A stretch of 63,322 nucleotides of DNA, filler included, from Octopus bimaculoides (lineage: Eukaryota), in the NCBI RefSeq assembly GCF_001194135.2. It is 5 parts of 4 records of this genome, joined end to end, with 100 filler letters (N's around TTAATTAATTAA, not from the genome) between each part and the next. Parts side by side here need not be neighbours in the genome. Positions count along the whole stretch, not along the records: positions 42,576 to 51,701 come from NC_069005.1; positions 51,802 to 56,786 come from NC_068996.1; positions 56,887 to 63,322 come from NC_068983.1; 2 more parts are not named here. One strand, given 5' to 3'. Position 1 is the stretch's first letter. Each line of letters starts with the position of its first letter. The notes under the pieces were generated by a model. That model saw nothing but the letters and a program-made list of their open reading frames with translations. It made no database searches and was not told the origin of the DNA. Made by a program: the position numbers and the translations under genes. Below are positions 49,886 to 62,904 of this stretch, one piece after another.

Positions 49886-50562
49886 ACGTTTAGGTGTTAT
49901 ACATATGTGTGTATGCATGAACGCATCCGTGCATGCTTGCCATCTATTCAAACATCTGTATACGAGAGTATATTTTGCCTCTAATGGAGGTGTGTGCATG
50001 CATGTCAATGGTTATGCGCATTTTGGTATGATACAAATAAATTTTAAAGCCATAAGAACAATATAGATCGTACGGAAATTAGCCGGATACGCACATTAAA
50101 ATTCATATGCACACATAAACAAACACATACACATCATCACACACACACACACACACACACACTCATAGATAACAAATGAATATTCATATACACCAAAGTA
50201 TGAAAACCTTCAATTATAAATTATGTAAGGAAACTTCGAAATTTTTACTCCACAATACGAAGTACAATAGTTTCCATTTATTTTATAAATGGTAATATCT
50301 CCGCTGTTTCGTTCCGTAAAAGACAATAAGTCACCGTTAATTATCTATATTATTGAAGCTTTATTATATCATATTATATTATACGTGGCATTATAGCAGT
50401 AATTATCTAATATCCTATAGTAATTACACCATCCGGAACCCGTGTAAATATAATTGAGATATCATTACTATGAGTAATGGCTTCCGGGCATTTAAGCGTT
50501 TGATATCCGAAGATGATATTTCAACGACTGGAATAATTTTTGAAACAAGGAAATAGATCTAC

Positions 50563-50760
<198 letters not shown>

Positions 50761-51017
50761 TTCTGAGTTTGTGTATGTGTATGTGTGTTTGTGTGTGTCT
50801 GCGTGTCTATGTGCCGCTATGCATAAATATATATGTATGCAATATGTATAAATATATCAATGTATGAATATATGTATCTACTAATCTATCTATCTATGCA
50901 TCTATCAATCTGTCTATCTATACACACACACACACACATGTATATATATGTTTGTATATATATGTATATATATATGTAAATATATATGTATGTATGTATC
51001 TATCTATATATTATATA

Positions 51018-51079
<62 letters not shown>

Positions 51080-51250
51080 CATTTATAAATATATATATTT
51101 ATATATGTATGTATCGTGTTACTATATCTAGTCATATGATTATATACGTTTATAAATTGTAACCTATTGATCTATGTATAAAACTGTCTATGCACGTATA
51201 CATATATATGTATGAAGCATGTATGACTGTGTATGTGCAAATATTTATGT

Positions 51251-51284
<34 letters not shown>

Positions 51285-51286
51285 TT

Positions 51287-51336
<50 letters not shown>

Positions 51337-51657
51337 GCATGCATTTTGACACACACAGGTACATAATTATGCATATACGCATGCATATATGAGTGCATGT
51401 TAAAATTCATCTTCACGTATTGAAGTTTCTAAAAGAAGCCGCCGGGAAAGAGAGAACAGAAGGCTTCTCTCTGAGACACGAGTCTGTTGATTACATTCAT
51501 TCATGTGTACGCGCGCACTCCCGCAATTGTTATTGTATGTATATATATGCATGTGTGCGCGTGTGTGTTCGCGTGTGCATGTTAATTCACAAGTGTATAA
51601 TAGTCTTTATTTCTCTCTGTCTATTTATATATATATGTATGAAACTATGTATGTATG

Positions 51658-51701
<44 letters not shown>

Positions 51702-51801
51702 NNNNNNNNNNNNNNNNNNNNNNNNNNNNNNNNNNNNNNNNNNNNTTAATTAATTAANNNNNNNNNNNNNNNNNNNNNNNNNNNNNNNNNNNNNNNNNNN
51801 N
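51702..51801. other. Artificial scaffold-join spacer N44-TTAATTAATTAA-N44
   Basis: Same 100-bp construct. Confidence 0.95.
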
Positions 51802-51973
51802 AAGTAAACGGAATTTTAAAAATCTAATTACTGCACTGGAAAGTTCACATCGAGAAAATTCCATTGATGTAAAAATTTTTACGAAAAAGTGGAAAATGTG
51901 GATTTCTATAAACATTCAAAAAGGCTTCACACAAACACACAACTTCAGATTTATATATTAAGATATAGTCAAA

Positions 51974-52380
51974 ATAAGCAACAAGGATATCCAAAGTTAA
52001 TGCAGTACGATCGTTTTATGCGACTCCATTTATTTAAGCAATGTGAACATTACATTAAATGTACAATGCAGAGCAATCCTCAGCTGCACAAAGATATAGA
52101 AATTTACTGAAATTTCATTTTAACAGAAGGACATATTTTTGTAACTACATTTAAACTCTCTAAATGGTTTTTTGTATTCTTCCTTTCTACTTGGAGAGTT
52201 TAGTTTTAATTACAAAAATATGTCCTTCTATTGAAATGTAATTTCAGTAAATTTCTATATCTTTGTGCAGTTGAGAATTGCACTGCATTTTATATTTGAT
52301 GTAATGTTCACATTGCTTAAATAAATGGAGTTGCATGAAACAATCGTACTGCATTAACTTTGGATATCCTTGTTGCTTAT
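51974..52380. repeat. Long inverted repeat (foldback/MITE-like): arms 51974-52163 and 52191-52380
   Basis: Arms are reverse complements with about 17 mismatches in about 190 bp (hand count); spacer about 28 bp. Confidence 0.92.
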
Positions 52381-52513
52381 CTTAATTTTAATCATCTTAT
52401 CTTGGAATTGTATGGATAATACCATACTTAATTCTGGTGCCTAAACTTAAGTAATGGTACTTCACCTTGAATCTAAATTATATATATATGATGCTGATAT
52501 ATATATATATATG

Positions 52514-52544
<31 letters not shown>

Positions 52545-52545
<1 letters not shown>

Positions 52546-52730
52546 TAGGAAGTCTGTGCAGCTGAGAAGTTCACTTCTCAACCATACACTTTCTAATTCA
52601 GTTCCTCTGCACAGCATCTTGGGTAAATGCCATCTACTATAGATGTAGGTTGACCAAAGTCTTGTGAATGGATTTAGTAGAGAGAAAAAAGAAGTCATAT
52701 ATGTGTGTTTGTGCACCTATCTCTTTGTTT
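52545..52730 (+). mobile_element. SINE family B 5' half, degraded
   Basis: CAGCATCTTGGGTAAATGCCATCTACTATAG...GAATGGATTTAGTAG. Confidence 0.65.
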
Positions 52731-53906
52731 ACATCTATGAGTTTGTATTGAAGTGCAGCTGGCAGTATTGTTCTCAGTTTCTTGTCTCAACAAATCTACT
52801 AATCACTCTGTACTTTTGAGGGCAAGTGGAATAAGGGATCGCTTATCTGAAAACCAGTTAAGGGTTAGCATCAGAAAAGGCATCAAGTTGTAAAACAACT
52901 ACTTTAAAAACATTTGTGCAACCCATGCAAGCATGGAAAGCAGATAAAAAAAAGAAATGAACAAATGTGTGAGTATGTGAGAGAGAAAGAAAGAGAGAGG
53001 GGGGAGGGTTATGAATGTAATTCTGTATGTAGTCATCTGATATGAGAGAAAATAATTTGAACAATTTAAAGGCATTAGCACTGGAATGGAATTCAGTATC
53101 CATGATCTCAAGAGTTAATTTTCTCTCCAGAAATCTTAAGTCAATTCTTCCAAGAATTTGCTTTCAATTTGATAATAAACTCTATTCACATTTTCATAAT
53201 GTGCCTGCATGCACATAGGAAGAATATGCACTCAATACCAAGAAGATGAATAAACAATTCTTTTTAACGGAATTTATATTAAGTTTTTGAAACCCAATAT
53301 TTCATGCTGATGGGAAATTGCTGATTTTCATCAATATGAAACATGATTTTCCAGATATCTAACAGAAATTCTCTGAAAATGTATGTGTGTGCGTGTGCAT
53401 GCACACATGCATGTGTATGTTGTAAAAACTAGAGACAGCTACCTAAAGAGAATCAAAAGGCCCCAGGGATTCCAGATTACACTGACTACTAGGAGCAAAT
53501 GTCTCCAACCAACATATAGAAGTTCAGATTAAGTTGTAGTTGCTATTTTGATTTTATTATTTTTTCCCCCATACTAGCAATAATGATACTTGTAGAAATT
53601 GATCATGACTTAGCTAGAAAGAAAAGTTTTAACAAGCTAGTTTACTGTAGAACCAATTTTACCAGAGCCATAAAAAATGAATTAAATAAAAACCTCAGCC
53701 CTTTTCTGCAAAAACACTCCCAAAAAATGGGGAAACAGTCATTATGATGAAATCTGCTGACATCTGGATCTACCCTACACTTGACAACAGTCATTTGTTG
53801 TAACTTCAGAGGTCACTTAAGTTTGGACAATGAACCAAACACATTCATTCATTTTCCATACATCTTGGACAAGCCTCACTTGATGACACTTCCGTGCCAG
53901 TAGAGT

Positions 53907-53926
53907 TTATTCTAAAATGACAACCC
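53907..53926 (-). CDS. Candidate terminal coding exon ((G)VVILE*)
   Basis: 71-bp intron GTAAAT...poly-T...CTTTTCTTTGTAG after the upstream exon; phase-compatible, reaches TAA; AATAAA at the stop and at 53553-53558. Confidence 0.5.
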
Positions 53927-53997
53927 CTACAAAGAAAAGTCTATTTAAGTGGGAAAATTGTAAAAAAAAAAAAAAAAAAAAAACGAAATGTATTTAC

Positions 53998-54347
53998 CTT
54001 TTGTTTGTTCAGCAATCCCGATTTTGGGAGTTGTTTTAACAATGTACATCCCTTTGGCTTGTTCAGAGAAGCGCTTAGCTTGGGCTCGTACTTGCTCAGC
54101 ATACATTTGTTTTCGTAGGAAATGGCCAGAAAAAGAGGCTGATAAGTTCGGCTGCTTGTTGTAAGATTTATCTTCGGTGTCGGTGTTGGTGTTTTTGCTG
54201 TTATTCATTGTTAAAGCCTCCGCTGATGAAAGTCTGTAAATCCGAGGTGGAAGAGCAGGTGGCATATCCAAATCACCATCAAATTTGACATCTGTAGGTG
54301 CACTTTTTTCAGTTACATTCTGATATATTGGAACAGATGACAGAGAG
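53998..54347 (-). CDS. 350-bp coding exon of an unidentified protein with IYQN and PPALPPR motifs (signalling adaptor-like C-terminal region)
   Basis: Acceptor AACTTTTGCTTTCAG, donor AAG|GTAAAT, 116 uninterrupted non-repetitive codons (SLSSVPIYQN...DMPPALPPRIY...YAEQVRAQAKRFSEQ...AEQTK). Confidence 0.72.
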
Positions 54348-54602
54348 CTGAAAGCAAAAGTTAATTTTACTAAATTAATATGATAATACACACATACATA
54401 TGGTATATCTTGTGTGTACAAATAGCTGTACAACTGCTACTGTTGAGTTTAGAACTCCACATTGATTATAATAATTACATCCACTCTGCTTCCAGCACAG
54501 TGATTAAGCTACTACTATACTTAGTAGTATTACAAGTCATGATATACAAACCAAATGTATGAGAAATTATACCCATGTTTATACCATTTGTTCCCTATAC
54601 AT

Positions 54603-55028
54603 AGGCGCAGGAGTAGCTGTGTGGTAAGTAGCTTGCTTACCAACCACATGGTTCCGGGTTCAGTCCCACTGCATGGCATCTTGGGCAAGTGTCTTTTACT
54701 ATAGCCTCGGGCCGACCAAAGCCTTGTGAGTGAATTTGGTAGATGGAAACTGAAAGAACCCCGTCGTATATATGTATATATGTGTGTCTGTGTTTGTCCC
54801 CCTAGCATTGCCTGACAGCCGATGCTGGTGTGTTTGTCCCCCTAGCATTGCCTGACAACCGATGCTGGTGTGTTTACATCTCCATCACTTAGCGGTTCGG
54901 CAAAAGGGACCGATAGAATATGTACTAGGCTTACAAAGAATAAGTCCCGGGGTCGATTTGCTCAACTAAAGGCGGTGCTCCAGCATGGCTGCAGTCAAAT
55001 GACTGAAACAAGTAAAAGAGTAAAAGAG
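54603..55028 (+). mobile_element. SINE family B, full length, with internal ~41-bp tandem duplication
   Basis: GGCGCAGGAGTAGCTGTGTGG head, (AAGAGTA)n tail, TSD TATACAT at 54596-54602 and 55029-55035. Confidence 0.93.
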
Positions 55029-56350
55029 TATACATGTTTTGCCATTGTGTTTGTTTGGAATTCTGCATTGGATGTTCCAAGTGTAACTAAATGCTTAGCT
55101 ACAATGGATCTTCGGGGTACATTCTATAGCATTATGTTACAGAGAACTAGTTTCCTAAATCAAAAGATATAAATTTGTGCTTATCACAAATTCTCCTATA
55201 GTCATCTAAGAATCTATAAGTCAGAAAAATATGCACCTGTACATTTGTCGATAGAGTGGAATATAAATCAAAGTACACAATATTATAGATCAATTACTAT
55301 TGATCATGCTGATCAGTTTTGTGCTGGATATTAGACAAATGGATGATAATCTAATAAATGTACTCTTTGAAGAGTGCCCATTTCTTCCACACCTGCCATC
55401 TCTGAAGAGTCTGTTTATTAGACAATCATCTGTTTATCTAATATCCAGCAGAAAACCAATTGTTAACGTCAGCTGTCATGGATATATAATGCTGTATAGA
55501 TCGATTTATACACAAACACGCAATACAACACATATATTTAAAACTGGCATAGCTGAGATTGTCTCAAAAAGCATTCAGACTTTCTATGGATACTACATCA
55601 TTTGTACAATATGGAAAATTAATTGCTTGTAGGGACATTGTATTTCATTATGAAACCATAAAATACTCAAAGTATTTTTTAATAGAAATTGGAGCCAATT
55701 CGGGTTTTGTTATGACGTTTCATATCTAAATATGTCTAATGTAAACAACAATGCCATCAAAGATGTAAAAATAGGATCTTTGATTGGATTGATGTTTACA
55801 TTAGATGTATTTGGATACGAAACATTGTAACAAGTCAGTGTTGGTGATAATTTCTACAGAAAATCTGCAGAGATAGCCATAACAATATAGAAAATACACC
55901 AAATGATATTAGTGTAAATATAAAAACCAGTCAAGGCTGGGACTCGAAGCCATCTAACCACCGTGAAGATCAAGATCCTTGTACGTAACATTGTAACAAA
56001 ATTTTTGACTCAAACCAAAACTCCAAGTATCCAGTAAATTTATTGCTATAAGTAATGACATCAACTTTCAAGAGCAGAGATCCCAAGAAACATATCATCA
56101 GCTTCTAAGACCTGAGACAGTGTAATTGTTAGTAAAAAACACTCTACCCTTTGGGGATATCTTCCTATGCAAAGCTTCCATTAAAAGAAATCATGATCTA
56201 GAAGTGAGTGTATTCTATCTGAGGTAGTGGTGGTAGTAAATGTAAAGATGAAATCAGTTACCTCTTAAATGTGGAGGAGCATTGTAAAGCTGTAAACTGT
56301 GGGGAGGTAGAGACAAAAGAATGCAGATATGGATAATGGGTACCCATTTA

Positions 56351-56786
56351 TGGAAGGTAGAGGGTGTAGCCAATTCTTGTGGAAGGCAGAGGGTGTTGCC
56401 AATTCTTGTGGTGGAAGGTAGAGAGTGTTGGCAATTCTTGTGGCGGAAGGTGGAGGGTGTTGCCAATTCTTTCGGCAGAAGGCGGAGGGTGTTGCCAATT
56501 CTTGTAGCGGAAGGTGAAGGGTGTTGCCAATTCTTGCGGTGGAAGGTGGAGGGTGTTGTCAATTCTTGCGGAAGACAGAGGGTGTTGCCAATTCTTGTAG
56601 AAGGTGGAGGGTGTTGCCAATTCTTGCGGTGGAAGGTGGAGGGTGTTGCCAATTCTTGTGGGAAGCAGAAGATGTTGCCAATTCTTATGGAATGCAGAGG
56701 GTGTTGCCAATTGTTTTCGAATGCAGAGGGTATTGTCAATTGATGTGGAATGCAGAGGGTGTTGCCAATTTTTGTGGAAGGTGGAG
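56351..56786. repeat. Minisatellite of 29/32-bp units (GGAAGGTGGAGGGTGTTGCCAATTCTTG[CGG]T), about 15 copies
   Basis: Direct reading; truncated by a spacer. Confidence 0.92.
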
Positions 56787-56886
56787 NNNNNNNNNNNNNN
56801 NNNNNNNNNNNNNNNNNNNNNNNNNNNNNNTTAATTAATTAANNNNNNNNNNNNNNNNNNNNNNNNNNNNNNNNNNNNNNNNNNNN
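56787..56886. other. Artificial scaffold-join spacer N44-TTAATTAATTAA-N44
   Basis: Same 100-bp construct. Confidence 0.95.
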
Positions 56887-57200
56887 AGAGAGAGAGAGAG
56901 AGAGTAAAGGAGGAAAAGGGATAGAGAGAGAGAGAGAGAGTAAAGGAGGAAGAGGGATAGAGAGAGAAAGACTAAAGGAGTAAGAGGAATAGAGAGAGAG
57001 TAAAGGAGGAAGAGGGATAGAGAGAGAGAAAGAGAGAGAGAGAAAGAGAGAGAAAGAAAGAGAGATAGAGAAAGAGGGAGAGAGAGAGTAAGAGAGAGAG
57101 AGAAAGGAAGAGAGAGAGAAAAAGAGAGAGAGAAGGAGAGAGAGAGAAAGAGAGAGAGAGAGACAGAGAGAGAGAGATAAAAAGAGAGAGAGACGGACAG
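56887..57200. repeat. Purine-rich degenerate (GA)n repeat
   Basis: Direct reading. Confidence 0.9.
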
Positions 57201-57740
57201 ACAGACAGACAGTCAGATAGAAAACGATGAAAGGGAGAAAAAAGAACTAGAGAAAGGATGAGAGAGAAAACAATGCTGGAAAGTACTGTGAGCCAAAATA
57301 CGTAACTCACAAGAGAATCTTTGCAAAACGTTCTCTCTTAAAATGACTCGACTGATCGGGTCTTTTAGGGACGACAAGGGAGAAGGGATGGTCAGTATCT
57401 GGCTGAATCGCTAGGGTAGGGAAAGTCTAAGAACTTAAAACGCCTGATGATTCAAGGTGACGTCACTGATGATGCATTCCAGTTCAACCAAACATACACA
57501 CGTACAAACATATACGCATAGATACATGCCCGCACACACACACTCACACACGTGCGCGCGCATAAAAGTACGCTCCGAATTGAAATCCCATTGAGTTCAC
57601 CTTTGCCTTTTCACGCTTCTTTTCGATAAATGTAGTAACAGTGAAGCACTTTAGTGGATTCTTCTCGCTCCCTACCTATTCCTATTTTCTTTACCCTTTA
57701 TTTAAGTGGTTTCTTCCTCTTTCTCTCTCTCTCTCTCTCT

Positions 57741-57800
<60 letters not shown>

Positions 57801-59617
57801 NNNNNNNNNNNNNNNNNNNNNNNNNNNNNNNNNNNNNNNNNNNNNNNNNNNNNNNNNNNNNNNNNNNNNNNNNNNNNNNNNNNNNNNNNNNNNNNNNNNN
57901 NNNNNNNNNNNNNNNNNNNNNNNNNNNNNNNNNNNNNNNNNNNNNNNNNNNNNNNNNNNNNNNNNNNNNNNNNNNNNNNNNNNNNNNNNNNNNNNNNNNN
58001 NNNNNNNNNNNNNNNNNNNNNNNNNNNNNNNNNNNNNNNNNNNNNNNNNNNNNNNNNNNNNNNNNNNNNNNNNNNNNNNNNNNNNNNNNNNNNNNNNNNN
58101 NNNNNNNNNNNNNNNNNNNNNNNNNNNNNNNNNNNNNNNNNNNNNNNNNNNNNNNNNNNNNNNNNNNNNNNNNNNNNNNNNNNNNNNNNNNNNNNNNNNN
58201 NNNNNNNNNNNNNNNNNNNNNNNNNNNNNNNNNNNNNNNNNNNNNNNNNNNNNNNNNNNNNNNNNNNNNNNNNNNNNNNNNNNNNNNNNNNNNNNNNNNN
58301 NNNNNNNNNNNNNNNNNNNNNNNNNNNNNNNNNNNNNNNNNNNNNNNNNNNNNNNNNNNNNNNNNNNNNNNGTGTGTGTAGATGAGTGTAGTGCGGTATT
58401 TTACTTTTTTTATTTCATTTTTTCTGATCCGAAGCTCCCGTTACTATTAGGGACAGCATTTATGTCGATACCTCATATCACTGACGTATTGTATCTGTTA
58501 TTTCTGGTTTCATATTTGGACTTGTTTCAATTTATATGATTGATATATTTCTATTTGAAAGATATGGCTTATCAATCAATTTGGGCATTTTTTGTTATTT
58601 ATTGTTGTTGTTTTTTATTTTCATTCTGATAATCCTTAATGACTACGTTGGGTCATTTTTTTACCAATATATCTTTGTCCGAAAAAACTTGAAAGTTAAA
58701 AAAAAAGAGAAAGATTGAGTACATTCATGTATTGCTTTTCCACCGTTTTCTGAAACTTTTTGAGTTTTCTGTTATTAACATCTCCGTAAAAATATTTTCA
58801 TGAGACTTTGCCGCCGTAGGAACTAACTGTCTGACAGTTCTTTATTGTTAGCTGAAAGAAGTACTCCACAGTTGTCATACATTGATGCATCATCTACATC
58901 ATATCGTTAATGAAGACATAGTATAATTGAAGATTGCTGTTACTGTTAGTTTTGTATAGCCCAAGCCAAACCTGATCAAGAACTTCCATGGAATGTTGAC
59001 ACCTGGCCCACAACTAATTGCAGCCAGTAAGATTTGTTACTCTACTGATATGTTTATATCTGTCCAATGCTAATATACAATGGCGAATAGTATAAGATGC
59101 AATGTTAAAGCGTAGAGTTGTTATACTCTTCTGTTTCAAGCGGCTGCAAAGGAAATGTCGCCATTATGCTTTGGTAGGTTTTGAATTACATGATGCGTCT
59201 CTGCCAATAGCATCAATGTACTTGAAGTTGTCCTTCGCCTGCTTTTAGGGTGCGGAACTCCGCAAAGTTTAACATTTGGTATGTCTGTTATTCAGTACAA
59301 TATCAGAGGCTAGCATGGCCTATTTTGCACTAAGGAACAATTGTAGAGAAAATTGGAATGTCTCTGTAAATCTTTTCTTTTGTGATATGCTCACACCATG
59401 ATATATTTTAACTTCTCGTGAGAAATGTGTCAATGTTGTTCTTTGTCTAATATGAAATCGCTTTCTTTAGATCTGTTACTGCTGTTGTCGTTTAACCTCA
59501 ATTAGTCTTCTTTTTCAAAGACATTCTTGTTTGATTTCAGAGAGATGTTGCTGTTATTTCTAGTAGTTCAAGCAACCTGCAAAAGGTTCTTTCGTTGGTT
59601 AATAATTACATCTGTAG

Positions 59618-59663
59618 ATGTTGGTGTTCGCCACAGGGAAATGCAACAGTTAATATATTGGTG
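59618..59663 (+). CDS. Candidate 46-bp exon ((D)VGVRHREMQQLIYW or CWCSPQGNATVNILV)
   Basis: Acceptor TAATAATTACATCTGTAG, strong donor GTG|GTGAGT; two frames open. Confidence 0.3.
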
Positions 59664-59864
59664 GTGAGTAACTCAGCATTGTCTTTGTGACTAACAAAAC
59701 TATTGATGCTACAGCTATCTATTTATGTATTCGTATGTTTTTGTTTGTCTGAGATTCCTGCGAGAGAAAGTGCTTCTAGGATGCCGTGGTAGTAGCGTTA
59801 TGGTAGTTAAGTTTGTGGAAAGGAACTTGAAATCTACAGAAGAATTATAGTTGGCATGCGCCTC

Positions 59865-59930
<66 letters not shown>

Positions 59931-61939
59931 AGTTGCTATGAGTTGCTTTCTTGCTTTCTCTTTAGCACATTTTTTTTCGTTTTTCTTTTTGTTCCTTTCA
60001 TCTTATATCTCATGCATGAATTTCTTACTGTTGCCTCTCTTTTTCTATCAAATTCCACGAATATTAAAACTTGCTTTTCCGATTCTTTCTGTTATATTTA
60101 GCCACATATTGGATGTGGGTGAGCAGACCTATGCTCAAATGTATTTCATCCATGGCCAGCCTGTCAGTTGGTGTTTCTAGGGCTATCTTGAACAATGCGC
60201 CCTTCGTTTATTAAGCAATAGGATGTGATTTGAAGGAACTTGGTTGCTATTTCTTGGAAGGTAAGTGACTATGTAGAATCTTCTATCTTAAATTTTCTAC
60301 TCTAGTGAATACAGACGGTCAATGTCTACTTTCTGCACTCTTTTCTACTTGCTACTTTTGAGTTAATGAATTCTAAATGTTGTTCGTAAATTACTGTTAA
60401 TTATAATTTCATCTATAATTGCATACCGAAGGGACGGGTATGGGAGTATTTGAAAATACCTCACGGAGTGACGAATGTGCCCTGCATAGTTACGGGCTTC
60501 CGTTTGGCAAGGCATAACACCTGTTCAGTCATCCTGTCGGGGATACGGTGAAGTCGTGAGACTACAGCATGATGGATTATGAAGAGGCAGTGGAAGAGCT
60601 CGTCTGAGCCAACGGTACTTCTTACATTGATGCTAAGCGGAGGAATTCTACAAGATCAACAGTCAGGATCATCAAGTTCTATCAAGAGAGTAACTGCAAT
60701 GCATCCCAAGGAGTAGCGTTCATGGATGTGTAATCAGCTAATGAAAGATTTACTATTGACTCAAGCTCCCGATTCAAATTCATAATAATAGAATTTGATG
60801 ACGACAGAGAGTCTAGGGAATCCCTGAAAGCAGCGAAAAAAGTTTTTTTATTTCTCCATTCAACTAATAGGTTACATCAAAATTATAATGTATTACTGTC
60901 CTGGTAAAATACAAATGCTCTCAATATTGGTCTATGATTCTGTTTGGGTTTCTTGGAAATTTCTAAATGTTTAACAGGCTTACATTTATTTAATATATCT
61001 ATTTATTTAATATTTCCATGGTTGTTCATGAGTATCAGAAACTGTTAAAAGTCTTTTGGTGAACATTTGCTGTTGAATTTACTTTGGCTGTGCCTTTACT
61101 AAGAAAGCTGGAAGTAACTTAAATCCCTGTAGTCAAAGTAAGCGAGTTCACTCTAGAATGTATAAACTTTTACTAAGAAACATCCTTGGAGATTAAAATA
61201 TTTTGTTATAAACAAGTTGATCTTCCATTGGTTCTTGTAATCATAAATGTTTCTTTGACTCATTTTTTTCATTAATCAAGTATGAAATATATCATAAACC
61301 ATCATCTTTCTACGTATTGCGATTGTCCTCCCCAAAGTCAACTATTTTTTCTAGATAGATGTCTCTAGGTTTATGCTTAAACTAACTGAAATGGATACAA
61401 GTTATAACTGACACAACTATGTATTACGTAATTTCTCTTTTCTCGATGCTCCCTTAAGAATCATAAATAGGAACACGCGCAGAATTCATTTCGATTTTAA
61501 CGATATTGATCAACATTGCTCTCCACTCATATGTTTACCTGCAACCTCTAGATACATTGAAACAACCTAATGATGATGCTTAGCGATAGTGCTTTCCTAC
61601 CCAGCTTAAGTGTTCCGAAATTGACAGATACACACTATAATAATCCCTACCTGCCACACTTTCACCCTCATTCTCTTGAGAAAATTCTTCGCTGTCGCTC
61701 GATATGCTTTACGTAGCAGCCACACGCTCTCAATTAATACTTTACTGTCTTTAAAAAAAGGATACATCGAACAATGTAGATGCTAGTATACAAATTCACT
61801 GGATGGTCGTAATTGGAATGTCATTGATTTTTGGTCTACTTGATCAATCAAGGTTGACATGGGGTGAGGCTAAACAACGATAAAATCTTAATATATTGTT
61901 TGCATGTTTAGTTATTGCCACTAATATTATGCAAATATT

Positions 61940-62376
61940 AAGTCAGCAAGTTGGCAGAATCGATAGCAAGCCTGACAAAATACTTAGCGGCATTTCGTCC
62001 GTTTTACCGTTCCAAGGTCTAATTCCGCCAAGGTCAACTTTAAATTTCCTTTCAGAATCGATAAAATAAGTACTAGATGAACACAGGAGTCGATGTAATC
62101 GACTGACCCCTTCCTCCAAAATCTCAGGCCTTGTTCCTAGAGTACAATGAATTACATTATGCAAATATTAAGGCGGAGAGCTAGCAGAATCATTAGCACA
62201 TTGGATAAAATGCTTAGTGGCTCTTTCTGTTCTAAGTTCAAATTCCGCTGCAGTCGATATTGCCTTTCATCCTTTCGGGTTCGATGAAATCAGTAACAGT
62301 CAAGTACTAGAATCGACGTAATGGATTTGTACCATCCCCTCACAATTTCTGGCCTTGTACCAAAATTCGAAATAAT
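61940..62376 (+). mobile_element. Two tandem SINE A copies (61940-62155 and 62170-62376)
   Basis: Both match family A; bounded by three copies of ATTATGCAAA(T/C)ATT. Confidence 0.85.
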
Positions 62377-62808
62377 ATTATGCAAACATTGCACAAACCT
62401 TGCACGTTTCCGCTATCTCTAAATATATCAGATTTCGCCCAAGAACGACCAGAACTTCGTATTTTGTCGCAAGCATTACTACATCTTATTCCTACCCTAT
62501 CTACAATTTATATGTTATCTTCCTCACGTTTTTTCTCCTTTAAATAACCCCTTTCAAGAGCTCAAATATGTTTTCATTAAACTAATGACACACTGACTAA
62601 TACAAGCCATACATGGTGTATACAGATTTCTAGCCGATAGATGTTCCGCATCTAAGCCTCTTATAAACATATTCTGCAACTGTTCCATATAAGTTTCACA
62701 TTACTTGTACAAACGACATACCTGATCCACACAAAAACGACACTCGGTCTATGCAGATTTCAAACTTAGCTTATACAGACTCCTCCCTACAAATATCCTA
62801 CTGAAGTA

Positions 62809-62890
62809 AGCCAACACGCTCGCGGCATTATCACGGGCGATGGCGAAGCTAAGACATTGGAACAGCCAATCACCCTCACGGACACCACCT
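62809..62890 (-). mobile_element. CRE-like non-LTR retrotransposon C-terminal remnant
   Basis: GVREGDWLFQCLSFAIARDNAASVLA resembles the L.QRLS.AI.RGNAASVL terminal motif. Confidence 0.45.
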
Positions 62891-62904
62891 GACACTACGG
62901 TAAT

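Noticed and set aside
56254-56838. Repetitive ORFs and CRISPR-like appearance of the minisatellite
   Set aside because: Units are contiguous with no unique spacers, no cas genes, eukaryotic context, and frame-shifting unit lengths
57457-57466. Perfect CRE palindrome GTGACGTCAC (also TGACGTCA at 4166-4173)
   Set aside because: One or two 8-mers in 63 kb is near chance expectation; no promoter evidence
60213-60260. Strong donor AAG|GTAAGT with frame GCDLKELGCYFLE
   Set aside because: Lies in a repeat-derived segment (similar to about 30215-30250)
60500-60840. Stop-interrupted frame DYSMMDYEEAVEELV*ANG... faintly like LINE gag ORF1
   Set aside because: Similarity too weak to support without a search
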